A stretch of 64,000 bases of DNA, from contig JBEKWL010000001.1 in NCBI GenBank assembly GCA_049513095.1, forward strand, positions 3,008 through 67,007. Direction: 5' to 3'. The translations under genes were made by a program, and so were the position numbers. The notes under the pieces were generated by a model that was not told the origin of the DNA, did not search any database, and saw only the letters and a list, made by a program, of their open reading frames with translations. Origin of the DNA: Terriglobales bacterium (GTDB lineage: Bacteria > Acidobacteriota > Terriglobia > Terriglobales > Acidobacteriaceae). Position 1 is the first letter of the stretch; every line of letters begins with the position of its first letter. Below are positions 18,526 to 27,508 of the stretch, one piece after another.

Positions 18526-19584
18526 CTAGTCAGCAAGTACGGCGGCGATTCGTTCGCCCGCGTGACCATCCCAAAGAGGAGGGATGGTTCCCTTCTTTGC
18601 GTGGCCGGCGAGCACTTGGGAAAGTTCGGAGCGCAGTTTGTCGGGATCGCGTCCGACGAGAACGTTGGTTCCGAGAGTGACTGTGACTGGACGCTCGGTG
18701 TTCTCGCGCAGGGTCAGGCAGGGCACACCCAGATAGGTAGTCTCTTCCTGAATGCCCCCGGAATCGGTAATCACCACGGTGGCGCGCGATTGCAGGCCAA
18801 GAAAGTCCACATAAGACAGCGGATCGAGCATGCGCAATTGCTCGGCATTCAAACCAAAATCAGAAATTCTCTGCCGTGTTCGGGGGTGAGCAGGAAAGAT
18901 GACAGTTAGATCACGATTCACTTCGAGTAGCGACTGCAGGAGGCGCTTCAGCGTGGCGCCATCGTCGACGTTGGCTGGCCGATGCAGCGTGACCAGCGCA
19001 TAGCGTTCGGGAAGGCCGTTCTTGCTTTGCCGCTGCGCTACTGGCAGAAGCTTCACGAGAGAATCGATCATCACATTGCCGACGCGGAAGATCCTTTCGA
19101 CGGGAATTCCCTCTTTCTGAAGATTGACATCTCCGTCCTCGGAAGGCGTAAACAGCAGATCTGCGAGCTGATCGGTAACCAGCCGGTTGATTTCCTCCGG
19201 CATAGTGCGGTCGAAGGAGCGCAGTCCAGCCTCGACGTGGCCGACGCGAATTCCGAGCTTTGCGCAGACCAGAGCGGCCGCGACCGTCGAATTGACATCA
19301 CCATAGACGAGGACGATGTCGGGCTTGCGTTCGAGCACCACCGGCTCGAAGCGCGTCATGATTTCGGCCGTCTGCCGGGCATGTGAGCCGGAACCGACGG
19401 CAAGGTTTACGTCCGGAGCCGGGATGCCAAGCTGCTCAAAAAACACGTCCGACATATTCACGTCGTAGTGCTGGCCCGTATGGACCAGAGTCTGAACCAC
19501 GTGCTTCTGCGATTTGAGGGCGTTCAGCACGGGCGCTACCTTCATGAAATTCGGACGCGCGCCCACGATATGGAATACCTTCAC
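18526..19584 (-). CDS. wecB: UDP-N-acetylglucosamine 2-epimerase (non-hydrolysing)
   Basis: MKVFHIVGARPNFMKVAPV, HTGQHYD, GSGSHARQTA, YGDVNST and HVEAGLRSFDRTMPEEINR are classic WecB/MnaA signatures. 352 aa. Confidence 0.9.
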   Translation of the reverse strand: MKVFHIVGARPNFMKVAPVLNALKSQKHVVQTLVHTGQHYDVNMSDVFFEQLGIPAPDVNLAVGSGSHARQTAEIMTRFEPVVLERKPDIVLVYGDVNSTVAAALVCAKLGIRVGHVEAGLRSFDRTMPEEINRLVTDQLADLLFTPSEDGDVNLQKEGIPVERIFRVGNVMIDSLVKLLPVAQRQSKNGLPERYALVTLHRPANVDDGATLKRLLQSLLEVNRDLTVIFPAHPRTRQRISDFGLNAEQLRMLDPLSYVDFLGLQSRATVVITDSGGIQEETTYLGVPCLTLRENTERPVTVTLGTNVLVGRDPDKLRSELSQVLAGHAKKGTIPPLWDGHAGERIAAVLAD

Positions 19585-19734
19585 AATCTCTCCGATAGGA
19601 CAACTGCGCAGACTAGATTACCTGACCACAAGCGCACAGGCGCTGGTAACCCTTTCGTCGGTTTCTTCCCGGTAAGTCTGCGCCAGCAGCTCCTGCGCCG
19701 GGACGACTGGAGGTGTCAATCATGTGTCGCAATG

Positions 19735-20457
19735 TCAAATCTTAAGGTGCATCACATGGAGTTCCACCGCCATTCGGGCGGGCAAAAACGTATGATAGAA
19801 AATCCAGAATTTGTAGTACGCGTAGCCTGCTAAGTTGCGGACCACCAGCCAGGTTCCGCTCCGTGAAACAAACCAATACTTCGGATCGAAACGGGCTTCG
19901 GGTCCTGCGATGATTCCGACCCGATAACTGTCGCCGAACGCGCATCGTGAGAGGATCCAACTCCTTCTGGCGTGCACTCCCGTAGTAAAAATGTCCACAC
20001 AACAAACGTTGATCCCCGAACGCTCGATCCAACGCTTAACATATGCGGCCCCTGTGAGGGTGCGCTCGGATGAAACAGGCGGTACGTTGATCTTGATCAG
20101 CTTCTTAGTATCAAATCCGAGTTGTTCGAGTCTGCTCGCGGCCAGGTCGGCGTATGTTGTGGGAGGACCGGATACGCTACCAGTTCCTTGGATCGGGCCT
20201 CCCACGACAACAAGGTACTGATAGCTTCCGGAATTGAAGACGTGTACGGATTCCGCCAGCGTATTCGCGGGGATCCAGCCTTCTACGACGAGAATTCCCT
20301 CACCCAGCGGATGATTGGCCGCAAGAAATCCGTAAATGGATGTCACGAGAAAGACCAGGAGTGCGCAGCTTCCTGCGGTCACCCAGAGCAGGGGCTTTGG
20401 GGAGAGTAAACACCCGCACCTGTTTCCCCCAATGCCCAACTTAGGTGGATGATTCAA
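19735..20457 (-). CDS. DUF218 (YdcF/ElyC/SanA-like) domain protein
   Basis: N-terminal TM segment, then LVVVGGPIQG...TYADLAASRLEQLGF...TGAAYVKRWIE...IFTTGVHARRSW, typical of DUF218 envelope-biogenesis proteins. Confidence 0.6.
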   Translation of the reverse strand: MNHPPKLGIGGNRCGCLLSPKPLLWVTAGSCALLVFLVTSIYGFLAANHPLGEGILVVEGWIPANTLAESVHVFNSGSYQYLVVVGGPIQGTGSVSGPPTTYADLAASRLEQLGFDTKKLIKINVPPVSSERTLTGAAYVKRWIERSGINVCCVDIFTTGVHARRSWILSRCAFGDSYRVGIIAGPEARFDPKYWFVSRSGTWLVVRNLAGYAYYKFWIFYHTFLPARMAVELHVMHLKI

Positions 20458-20554
20458 GTCTTTTCAGTCCCATGACCCGAGCTCACGGCTAATGATGGTT
20501 AAGACTGTTTCTCGTTGCCGACTGCTGCCCGATCACGTCCGCAATTGACGCGCT

Positions 20555-21499
20555 CTATTTCGAAGCCATAAACGATCCGTGTTCGGATAAGACAATCGCC
20601 TGGGTGGGCTTTCGCAAGCGGCTCAAAACCTTCTTCCACACCGCGGCCAGTCCCATTGGGGCGGTCCCCCGGAGCAGTCGAAGCGCTAGTTTCCAGCGCC
20701 TTCCCCGCAAACAATGGCTGACGGCCCACGACAAAGCGACTGCGCCGATGCATGCGTATCGATCCCGGCGGCGCTTGCTCCCTCCAGGATATTGGCCCTG
20801 ATGTTCCGAGCGCGCCAGCACGAGAATTCCGTCCGCTATCGGTTCCAAACTCCGGATGGCGTTTGTTTCGTGGTGGCGATATGCAACTGTGCAGGGTTGT
20901 TGGACGACAACGCATGGCCCGTAAGTCGCGACTTTCAAGATAAGATTGAGGCTGTCGAGGTGGAAAGTTGCTGCCGTGGTGCTGCGAAGACCTCCCACCT
21001 CGTCGAATACCGACTTCCGAAGTACAATCCGGCTACTGGAAAGGCGGAGTGTCACATCCTTCGACAGATAGTCGTGATATTTTAGAACCTTTATTGGGAG
21101 CGATTCCTGCGAGCCGGCGGGGATGGATTGCCCGTCTTGAAAATCGGTCATTCCTCCAATGATCAGCGGCGGTGAATCAAAGGCCCGGATAACTCGATCA
21201 TAGGTCGCTAGGGCGCAGGGCAGGAGAAGATCGTCACTGTCCAGCAGAACCAAGTACTCTCCTCGGGCCAAGGCAGCCGCCTTGTTTCGGGCAACCTCTG
21301 GGCCTTGATTGGCTTGTCGCAATACGTTGATGCGTGTTCCGTAGGATTGCAGCACCTGCAGCGTCTTGTCCGTGGAACCGTCATCAATCACGAACAGCTC
21401 ATAATCTTTGAAGGCTTGCGACAAAACCGAATCGATCGCCTGACCGACATATTTTTCCCGGTTGTAAGCCGGCATCAGAACACTGAATCGGAGCTTCAT
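20555..21499 (-). CDS. Family 2 glycosyltransferase
   Basis: MKLRFSVLMPAYNREKYVGQAIDSVLSQAFKDYELFVIDDGSTDKT and LLDSDD. The ATG at 21499 was chosen because it avoids overlap with the upstream gene; the longest ORF reaches 21583. Confidence 0.85.
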   Translation of the reverse strand: MKLRFSVLMPAYNREKYVGQAIDSVLSQAFKDYELFVIDDGSTDKTLQVLQSYGTRINVLRQANQGPEVARNKAAALARGEYLVLLDSDDLLLPCALATYDRVIRAFDSPPLIIGGMTDFQDGQSIPAGSQESLPIKVLKYHDYLSKDVTLRLSSSRIVLRKSVFDEVGGLRSTTAATFHLDSLNLILKVATYGPCVVVQQPCTVAYRHHETNAIRSLEPIADGILVLARSEHQGQYPGGSKRRRDRYACIGAVALSWAVSHCLRGRRWKLALRLLRGTAPMGLAAVWKKVLSRLRKPTQAIVLSEHGSFMASK

Positions 21500-21540
21500 A
21501 GTCGCAAAATGTCCCAGCGTAACTTCACTAACAATGCGGC

Positions 21541-22515
21541 CTAACGGGTGAAACCAACGCTGCATCCGCCCGCACTGAACCACTTCGCCTGCGTTGAGCG
21601 CAGATCACCGCGGGACCTAGCCGATAGAGCACACCAACCGCCAGCCCTGAACCGAGCACAAGCGCGCTCGGGATCTGTTGTGGCGAGAAAATTTGGCGGG
21701 TAGTCTGGTGGCAAGAAAGTCCGGCAAGGTGGCGCTTCAGGTGGCAGAAGCAGAGGCCGCCACATGGAGCCTGTCACGCGGAAAATCTGGTACCCGTGCC
21801 CAAGAAGTACCTTGTGCGAGCGCGCCGGGTAGGCCTCATGCTCTTCGAAGAGAATGTCGCGAACCAACTTTCGATCTAGCAATTTCTCAGCGCCAATAAA
21901 GACAGCCGCCTCATGACCTTCGACATCCACTTTCATGATTCCGATGCGGTTGACCTCGTCGAGGGCGTCCAACCGGCGAACGCTGACAGGAACGCCGGTT
22001 GCCCCCAGTTCCAGACTAGCGAGACCTTTGTTGCTGGCATAGTCATCTGGAAAGCGAAGAACGCCCTCACCATTCCGGTCTGAAAGCGCAATTGTCTCGA
22101 TCTGAATAGGCGCGACTCGAAGGGAGCTCCAGTTGTGGACATTCCTGCGTAGTACTGGGAGAAGATCCGGATTCGGCTCAAAGCAACACACGCGCCCTTC
22201 CGGTCCGGCTGACCGCGCAAGCACCAGAGTCACGTAGCCGATGTTCGCCCCCACGTCGACCGCGGAGTCCCCGGCATCTGTCAGCCTCATGACGGCTTCC
22301 GTGAGAGGTAAGTCGTAAACGCCGTATTTGGCAATAAAGCGACCGATGAGTTCCGCAGAACAGGCGTTGATGGTGCAGTGCCATGGCAGGGACAAGGGCT
22401 TGATTTCTACGGACCGTCGGAACGAAAGAAGGCGCAAAACTTGACTTGGTCTCCAGAGGTACTCCGGTTTCAACAGGTGCCGATGCATCACTCTAATCAT
22501 CTTTCTAATCATCAT
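21541..22515 (-). CDS. FkbM-family SAM-dependent methyltransferase (stand-alone)
   Basis: AVDVGANIGYVTLVLARSAGPEGRVCCFEPNP and IGIMKVDVEGHEAAVF are FkbM (Methyltransf_21) signatures. The start is uncertain: 22563, 22515 and 22512 are all candidates. Confidence 0.85.
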   Translation of the reverse strand: MMIRKMIRVMHRHLLKPEYLWRPSQVLRLLSFRRSVEIKPLSLPWHCTINACSAELIGRFIAKYGVYDLPLTEAVMRLTDAGDSAVDVGANIGYVTLVLARSAGPEGRVCCFEPNPDLLPVLRRNVHNWSSLRVAPIQIETIALSDRNGEGVLRFPDDYASNKGLASLELGATGVPVSVRRLDALDEVNRIGIMKVDVEGHEAAVFIGAEKLLDRKLVRDILFEEHEAYPARSHKVLLGHGYQIFRVTGSMWRPLLLPPEAPPCRTFLPPDYPPNFLATTDPERACARFRAGGWCALSARSRGDLRSTQAKWFSAGGCSVGFTR

Positions 22516-22546
22516 TGCTCCACGGAAACCGCAGATTCGTTTCTCA

Positions 22547-25500
22547 TCAGACCTTAGCTCCATGTCGTTGCTGAGCGGCTTTCAGACGGCCGTCGAGTGC
22601 GGGAGCAAGGCCTCTCACGTTAGGCTCCAGCATGAGATTCTGCTGATACCCAGGCACTTCACAAAGCTCGAAGTTGCCATGGAGAATGCGACGCCAACCC
22701 AGCCATTCATCGGCCATTAAACCCTCTAACTGTTTGCTGGCGCGAAATACGAGGGTATCGCCGCCGTACGGCCGCGGCACATATGTTGCCATCGCCTTTT
22801 TGTGTTCAATCCCCAGAGCCTCGAAAATGTACAGCCGCGACAGGCGTGACCGATCCGCAGGACGGTTGCCCCTGATGTTATCGATAGCGATCGCCCTCCT
22901 CGCGAGAGATCGATCCCACAATTCGCGGCACCTGCGCAAAAAGTAGGTCTTGCCTCCGTAGGATAGGTTGTCCACTTCCAGACTGATCCGTTTCTTGGTT
23001 CGGTACCACCAGCGCTGGAGTAGAGAGGCAGACGGCCGGAAGCGCCTGGCATCAGGGGGCATGGATTGGATCATGACGACCAGCCCCACCTCTTGCCCCT
23101 CCGCATTTAGCTGTTGTGCAGCTTCCAAGGCAAGCAGCCCACCCAGGCAGAACCCGCCGAGGAAATACGGCCCTTCCGGTTGAAATTGTCTCAGTTCCTT
23201 CACAAACGCTCTGGCCATTTCCTCCACGGATGTATTCTCTACCAGCTCGCCGTTTAAGCCTCTGGCCTGAAAGGCGTAAACCGGCTGATCCTTCTCCATA
23301 TGCTGCACCAACGCGTGGTATTCGAGAACATTGCCGCCATGCGCATGGAAAAGAAAAAGAGGCGGCCTTGTTCCCTGTTGCCGCATGGGAACCAAAAGGG
23401 ACCAGGAGGGAACCCATTGCTTGTCGCCAAGTATTTTTGCCAGGGAAGCAATCGTCGGAGCTTCCATCAAAGTCGCAAGGGGAAGTTCCACTCCAAATGC
23501 CTCCCGAATTTGTGACACCGCGCGGACAGCCATCAATGAGTGAGCACCTAAATCAAAAACATCCTCCTGGACACCAATATGCTCAATCTTCAGCAGGTCC
23601 GTCCAAATCGCCGCCAGTGTCTTCTCGATCTCAGTGCGAGGGCTCACAAAATCTTGGGAGCGCTGTGTGGTCTCGTGGACAAAGGTCGGAAGCGCTTTGC
23701 GGTCAATTTTCCCGTTCGCCGTCAACGGAAATTTTTCCATCAGGACAAACGCCGCCGGAACCATGTACTGCGGCAGCCGTTCTTTCAAATTCCTGCGCAA
23801 TGCCGCAGGCGCCAGGATTTCCTCGCCCGGGGAAGGCAGTGACCGCAGGTGCGCATCGGCTGTTTGCTGCCGCGCGAGGCGGGACCCCGCCGCAGGCCGA
23901 ATGGCGTACACGTATGACGGCTGGGCTTCGCTGAGCGATGAGCTGTGCTCGGCAAGAACCTCATAGCGCTGCCGTTCCAGCAGGGTAGTAATTGACTCCA
24001 GGTTCTCCGGATGATCCACTCGGACGACCAACTGGCGAATTTTGGACCAATCGTCAGGGCTGAGTTCTCGCAGTATATCCAACTCCCTTTCCTCGACATT
24101 AATCCTGAGCAGGTCAATGCGTTCAATCCCTTCGGCTGCGATAACGCTCGACAAAGTTGGCGGTTGAGCGGACTTGGACCCGGCATCTAGCGCGACATCA
24201 TTCGATTCACCGATCTCCTCGGCAAATCGCTCATCGCGTGACTCACTCTGCTCGTTGGACGCATGGTTCCCAGCCGCCTCGCGTTCCGCCGCCACATCAT
24301 CGTACGACCCGGATGAGCCCGACAATGCCTCAAAGAATGACGCCTCCGCTGACTTACTTTCGCGAGCGAGACCATACGGCAGACATTGCACTGCCGTGCC
24401 CCACGCTTCAGCATTCGCGCTCAGACACGCATATGCCGCAGGGTCGGGCTCAAAGCAAAGAATCCTCAGATTCCGCTCTAGGCGGCTGGCGAACACCGTA
24501 AACAAACCAATGTTTGCGCCGACGTCTACAATGCAGTCACCGTCGAGGATTGCGATCCCGTGCCGGAGATAAGCTTGCCGCACGAAGATTTCGTTGTACA
24601 TGGAATCGGTTTCGTTCTTGTTCAGATGTGCCACCGGCGAGCCATCGGGCAACCAAGAAAGCGTCTTGTTCCCCCAAAGCGGCTGACTCGCGCGTTTCGG
24701 AACCACATAAGCGATCAACTGCTTGGTGCCTGACCCATCTTCACTTGCCATCACCAGCGCGTCTCTTACGCCGCGCTGCTCGCGCAAGACTCCAGCGATT
24801 TCACCGAGCTCGATGCGGTAGCCGTGGATTTTGACCTGATCGTCAATGCGACCGCAAAACTCGATGTTTCCGTCCGGCAAGTAGCGCGCCAGGTCGCCGG
24901 TGCGATACATTCGCCCATCAGGATCTGGACTGAAATGATCGGGCACGAATTTCTCAGCCGTCAAATCAGGGCGATTGAGATATCCCCGGGTTACGCCAGA
25001 GCCGGCGATGTGAAGCTCGCCTTCAACGCCGACGGGCACGGGCTGCCCACTCTCATCGAGAATATAAATGCGGCTATTGGGCAGAGGCCTGCCTAAGGGA
25101 AGCGTGCCAGACCGCGTACTCGGCAGTTGCGGTCCGACATGATAGGTCAGCACGCCTACCGTGGTTTCTGTGGGACCATAGTGGTTGTAGATCTCGCAGC
25201 CCGGGGACAATACTCGCAGTCGATCGATCCAATCCAAGCGCGAGGCCTCGCCACCTAGGATCAGGCGGCTTCTGGGCATCACTCGCTCCGGATTTCTTCC
25301 ACTCTGCAATGCCGCCAAATGGGAGGGCACGATCTTGAGAACGTCGATCCTCTCGCGCTCGAAGTAATCCGACAGCATGGCCTGACTCTCAGCCCGCTCA
25401 TGCGAGATAACATGCAGGCAGCCACCCGTAGTCAGCGCGGGAAAAATCACCGTATTGCCGAGGTCGGCGGCAATTGTCGATACCGTCGCGTGCTTCATGC

Positions 25501-26197
25501 CCGGCTGGAGCTGCAGTCGCTCGGAAACGCCCAGTACGTAGTTGACAATGTTTCTGTGCTCGATCCCCACACCCTTGGGACGGCCGGTTGAGCCGCTCGT
25601 ATAAATCACATAAGCGAGGTTTGCGGAGTTGTACGGAGGAGCGTTTTGCGAGACGCTTTGCAGATCATCCCACGCGAGTGAATCCAGGCAGACGGCCTGC
25701 GCAACACCCGGTGTCAGGCTTCCCAAGAGGCTGGTTTGCGTGACAACTAACTGGGCCTTGGCATCACCGAGCATGAATGCGACCCTCTCTTGAGGATAGG
25801 CAGCATCAATCGGCAAGTAAGCGGCTCCGGCCTTCAGGATGCCCAACATTCCGATCACCATTTCCAGCGATCGCTCGACGAAAAGCCCTACAGGAACATC
25901 GGGCCCCGCCCCCAGGCTTCTCAGGTGAAGTGCCAGTTGGCTGGCGCGACGGTTGAGATCGTCGTAGGTCAACCTCTGCTGCTCGAACACCAAGGCCACC
26001 TGATTGGGGGTTCGCCGTACCTGTTCCTCGATCAACTGGTGCAAGGAGAGGTTCTTTTCGGGATATGCCACGGCTGTGTTGTTCCAATCCACGAGCAACT
26101 GCTGACGGTCGGCAGCGGCGACCGCCGGCAACGTGGAAGTGCCCTGGTCCGGACCGAGGGCAATCGCTCGACCGTCGATTAGGTCATCCATTGACAT
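22547..26197 (-). CDS. NRPS, 1216 aa: adenylation domain interrupted by an FkbM-type methyltransferase, then PCP and a TE-like domain
   Basis: A-domain motifs: LAYVIYTSGSTGRPKGV, NHYGPTETT, YRTGDLA, GRIDDQVKIHGYRIELGEI. An FkbM-like insert follows (about nt 23888-24685): IVDVGANIGLFTVFAS...CFEPDP...IDLLRINVEERE. The A9/A10 motifs resume after it (LPQYMVPAAFVLMEKFPLTANGKIDRKAL). PCP: FDLGAHSL. TE-like domain (about 22598-23365): PLFLFHAHGGN and GGFCLGG. Confidence 0.9.
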   Translation of the reverse strand: MSMDDLIDGRAIALGPDQGTSTLPAVAAADRQQLLVDWNNTAVAYPEKNLSLHQLIEEQVRRTPNQVALVFEQQRLTYDDLNRRASQLALHLRSLGAGPDVPVGLFVERSLEMVIGMLGILKAGAAYLPIDAAYPQERVAFMLGDAKAQLVVTQTSLLGSLTPGVAQAVCLDSLAWDDLQSVSQNAPPYNSANLAYVIYTSGSTGRPKGVGIEHRNIVNYVLGVSERLQLQPGMKHATVSTIAADLGNTVIFPALTTGGCLHVISHERAESQAMLSDYFERERIDVLKIVPSHLAALQSGRNPERVMPRSRLILGGEASRLDWIDRLRVLSPGCEIYNHYGPTETTVGVLTYHVGPQLPSTRSGTLPLGRPLPNSRIYILDESGQPVPVGVEGELHIAGSGVTRGYLNRPDLTAEKFVPDHFSPDPDGRMYRTGDLARYLPDGNIEFCGRIDDQVKIHGYRIELGEIAGVLREQRGVRDALVMASEDGSGTKQLIAYVVPKRASQPLWGNKTLSWLPDGSPVAHLNKNETDSMYNEIFVRQAYLRHGIAILDGDCIVDVGANIGLFTVFASRLERNLRILCFEPDPAAYACLSANAEAWGTAVQCLPYGLARESKSAEASFFEALSGSSGSYDDVAAEREAAGNHASNEQSESRDERFAEEIGESNDVALDAGSKSAQPPTLSSVIAAEGIERIDLLRINVEERELDILRELSPDDWSKIRQLVVRVDHPENLESITTLLERQRYEVLAEHSSSLSEAQPSYVYAIRPAAGSRLARQQTADAHLRSLPSPGEEILAPAALRRNLKERLPQYMVPAAFVLMEKFPLTANGKIDRKALPTFVHETTQRSQDFVSPRTEIEKTLAAIWTDLLKIEHIGVQEDVFDLGAHSLMAVRAVSQIREAFGVELPLATLMEAPTIASLAKILGDKQWVPSWSLLVPMRQQGTRPPLFLFHAHGGNVLEYHALVQHMEKDQPVYAFQARGLNGELVENTSVEEMARAFVKELRQFQPEGPYFLGGFCLGGLLALEAAQQLNAEGQEVGLVVMIQSMPPDARRFRPSASLLQRWWYRTKKRISLEVDNLSYGGKTYFLRRCRELWDRSLARRAIAIDNIRGNRPADRSRLSRLYIFEALGIEHKKAMATYVPRPYGGDTLVFRASKQLEGLMADEWLGWRRILHGNFELCEVPGYQQNLMLEPNVRGLAPALDGRLKAAQQRHGAKV

Positions 26198-26257
26198 GTG
26201 TATTCTTCAGCTCCCTTCGATACCGCGTCACCAGGCCCGCTGTGCCCGTGACTCCAT

Positions 26258-27406
26258 TCACAACGACCAGCCAATCAGCTCCTTCATGATTTCGTTCGTG
26301 CCGGCGTAAATGCGCTGCACGCGGCTGTCGGTCCACATGCGCGCAATCGGATACTCGATCATGTAGCCGTAGCCGCCATGCAATTGAAGGCACTCGTCGA
26401 TGACGCGGCACTGGCATTCGGTGAGCCAATACTTGGCCATCGCTGCCGTGACCGCATCCAGCTGGCCGGCGATGAAACGCTCGATGCAATTGTCGAGAAA
26501 AACGCGGCCAACATGGACTTCGGTCTTGCATTGCGCCAACTTGAAGCGCGTGTTCTGAAAATCGATCAGCGACTTGCCGAACGCTTTGCGATCTTTCACA
26601 TACTTGGTGGTAATGGCGACTGCTTGTTCCGCCATGGCGACCGCGCCAACGCCAATCGTGAGGCGCTCGTAGGGCAATTGCTGCACCATCTGGTTGAATC
26701 CCTTGCCCTCGGAACCAAGGAGATTCGAGACCGGAACCCGCACGTCATCAAAGAACATTTCACAGGTGTCCAACCCGTTCATGCCGACTTTATCGAGCGG
26801 GCGGCCTACGCGGTACCCCGGAAGATTCTTCGGTTCGACAACAACGAGCGAGATGCCCTTCAAACCGGCTGCTTTAGGGTCGGTCTTCAGCGCGACGCAT
26901 ACCAGGCTGGCGTGCCAACCGTTGGTAATGAAAGTCTTCGAACCGTTGATGACATAATGATCGCCCTCGCGCCGCGCGGTGGTTTTAACGCCCGCCAGAT
27001 CAGAGCCGGCCGAGGGCTCGGTCATCGCGATTGCGGCCACCAACTCGCCACGCCCCATGCGCGGGAGCCAGTTGCGCTTCTGTTCGTCCGTGCCATACGA
27101 AAGGATGTAATGACCGACAATACTCTGAATGCTGGAACCGAAGTGAACTCCCACCCGCGCGAGTTCCTCGTTTACTACGGATTCATGGGCGAACGTCCCT
27201 CCGCCACCGCCGTATTCTTGAGGAAAGTCGGGGAGCAGGATGCCTGCCTTACCTATTGCAGTCCAAGCTTCGTCGTCAGGGCGGTGCTGCTCGCGCCAGC
27301 GGGCTTGATGCGGCAGGAATTCCTCTTCTATGAATCGGCGAACCGTTTTTCGGAACATCCGCAGTTCGTCATTCAGCCACGGGGATTGGTACACAACGGT
27401 AGACAT
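26258..27406 (-). CDS. Acyl-CoA dehydrogenase family protein
   Basis: 382 aa with AMTEPSAGSD, FITNG and YAGTNEIMKELI, the typical ACAD pattern. Confidence 0.9.
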   Translation of the reverse strand: MSTVVYQSPWLNDELRMFRKTVRRFIEEEFLPHQARWREQHRPDDEAWTAIGKAGILLPDFPQEYGGGGGTFAHESVVNEELARVGVHFGSSIQSIVGHYILSYGTDEQKRNWLPRMGRGELVAAIAMTEPSAGSDLAGVKTTARREGDHYVINGSKTFITNGWHASLVCVALKTDPKAAGLKGISLVVVEPKNLPGYRVGRPLDKVGMNGLDTCEMFFDDVRVPVSNLLGSEGKGFNQMVQQLPYERLTIGVGAVAMAEQAVAITTKYVKDRKAFGKSLIDFQNTRFKLAQCKTEVHVGRVFLDNCIERFIAGQLDAVTAAMAKYWLTECQCRVIDECLQLHGGYGYMIEYPIARMWTDSRVQRIYAGTNEIMKELIGWSL

Positions 27407-27508
27407 TTAGATCCTTTCGACGGACGGCCGCGGGCCTGGAATAAGCCCATTACTTCGAACCTAACTACCTCTCAGTCTCAACGGGTCAACATACGACCCG
27501 CTGAAAGG

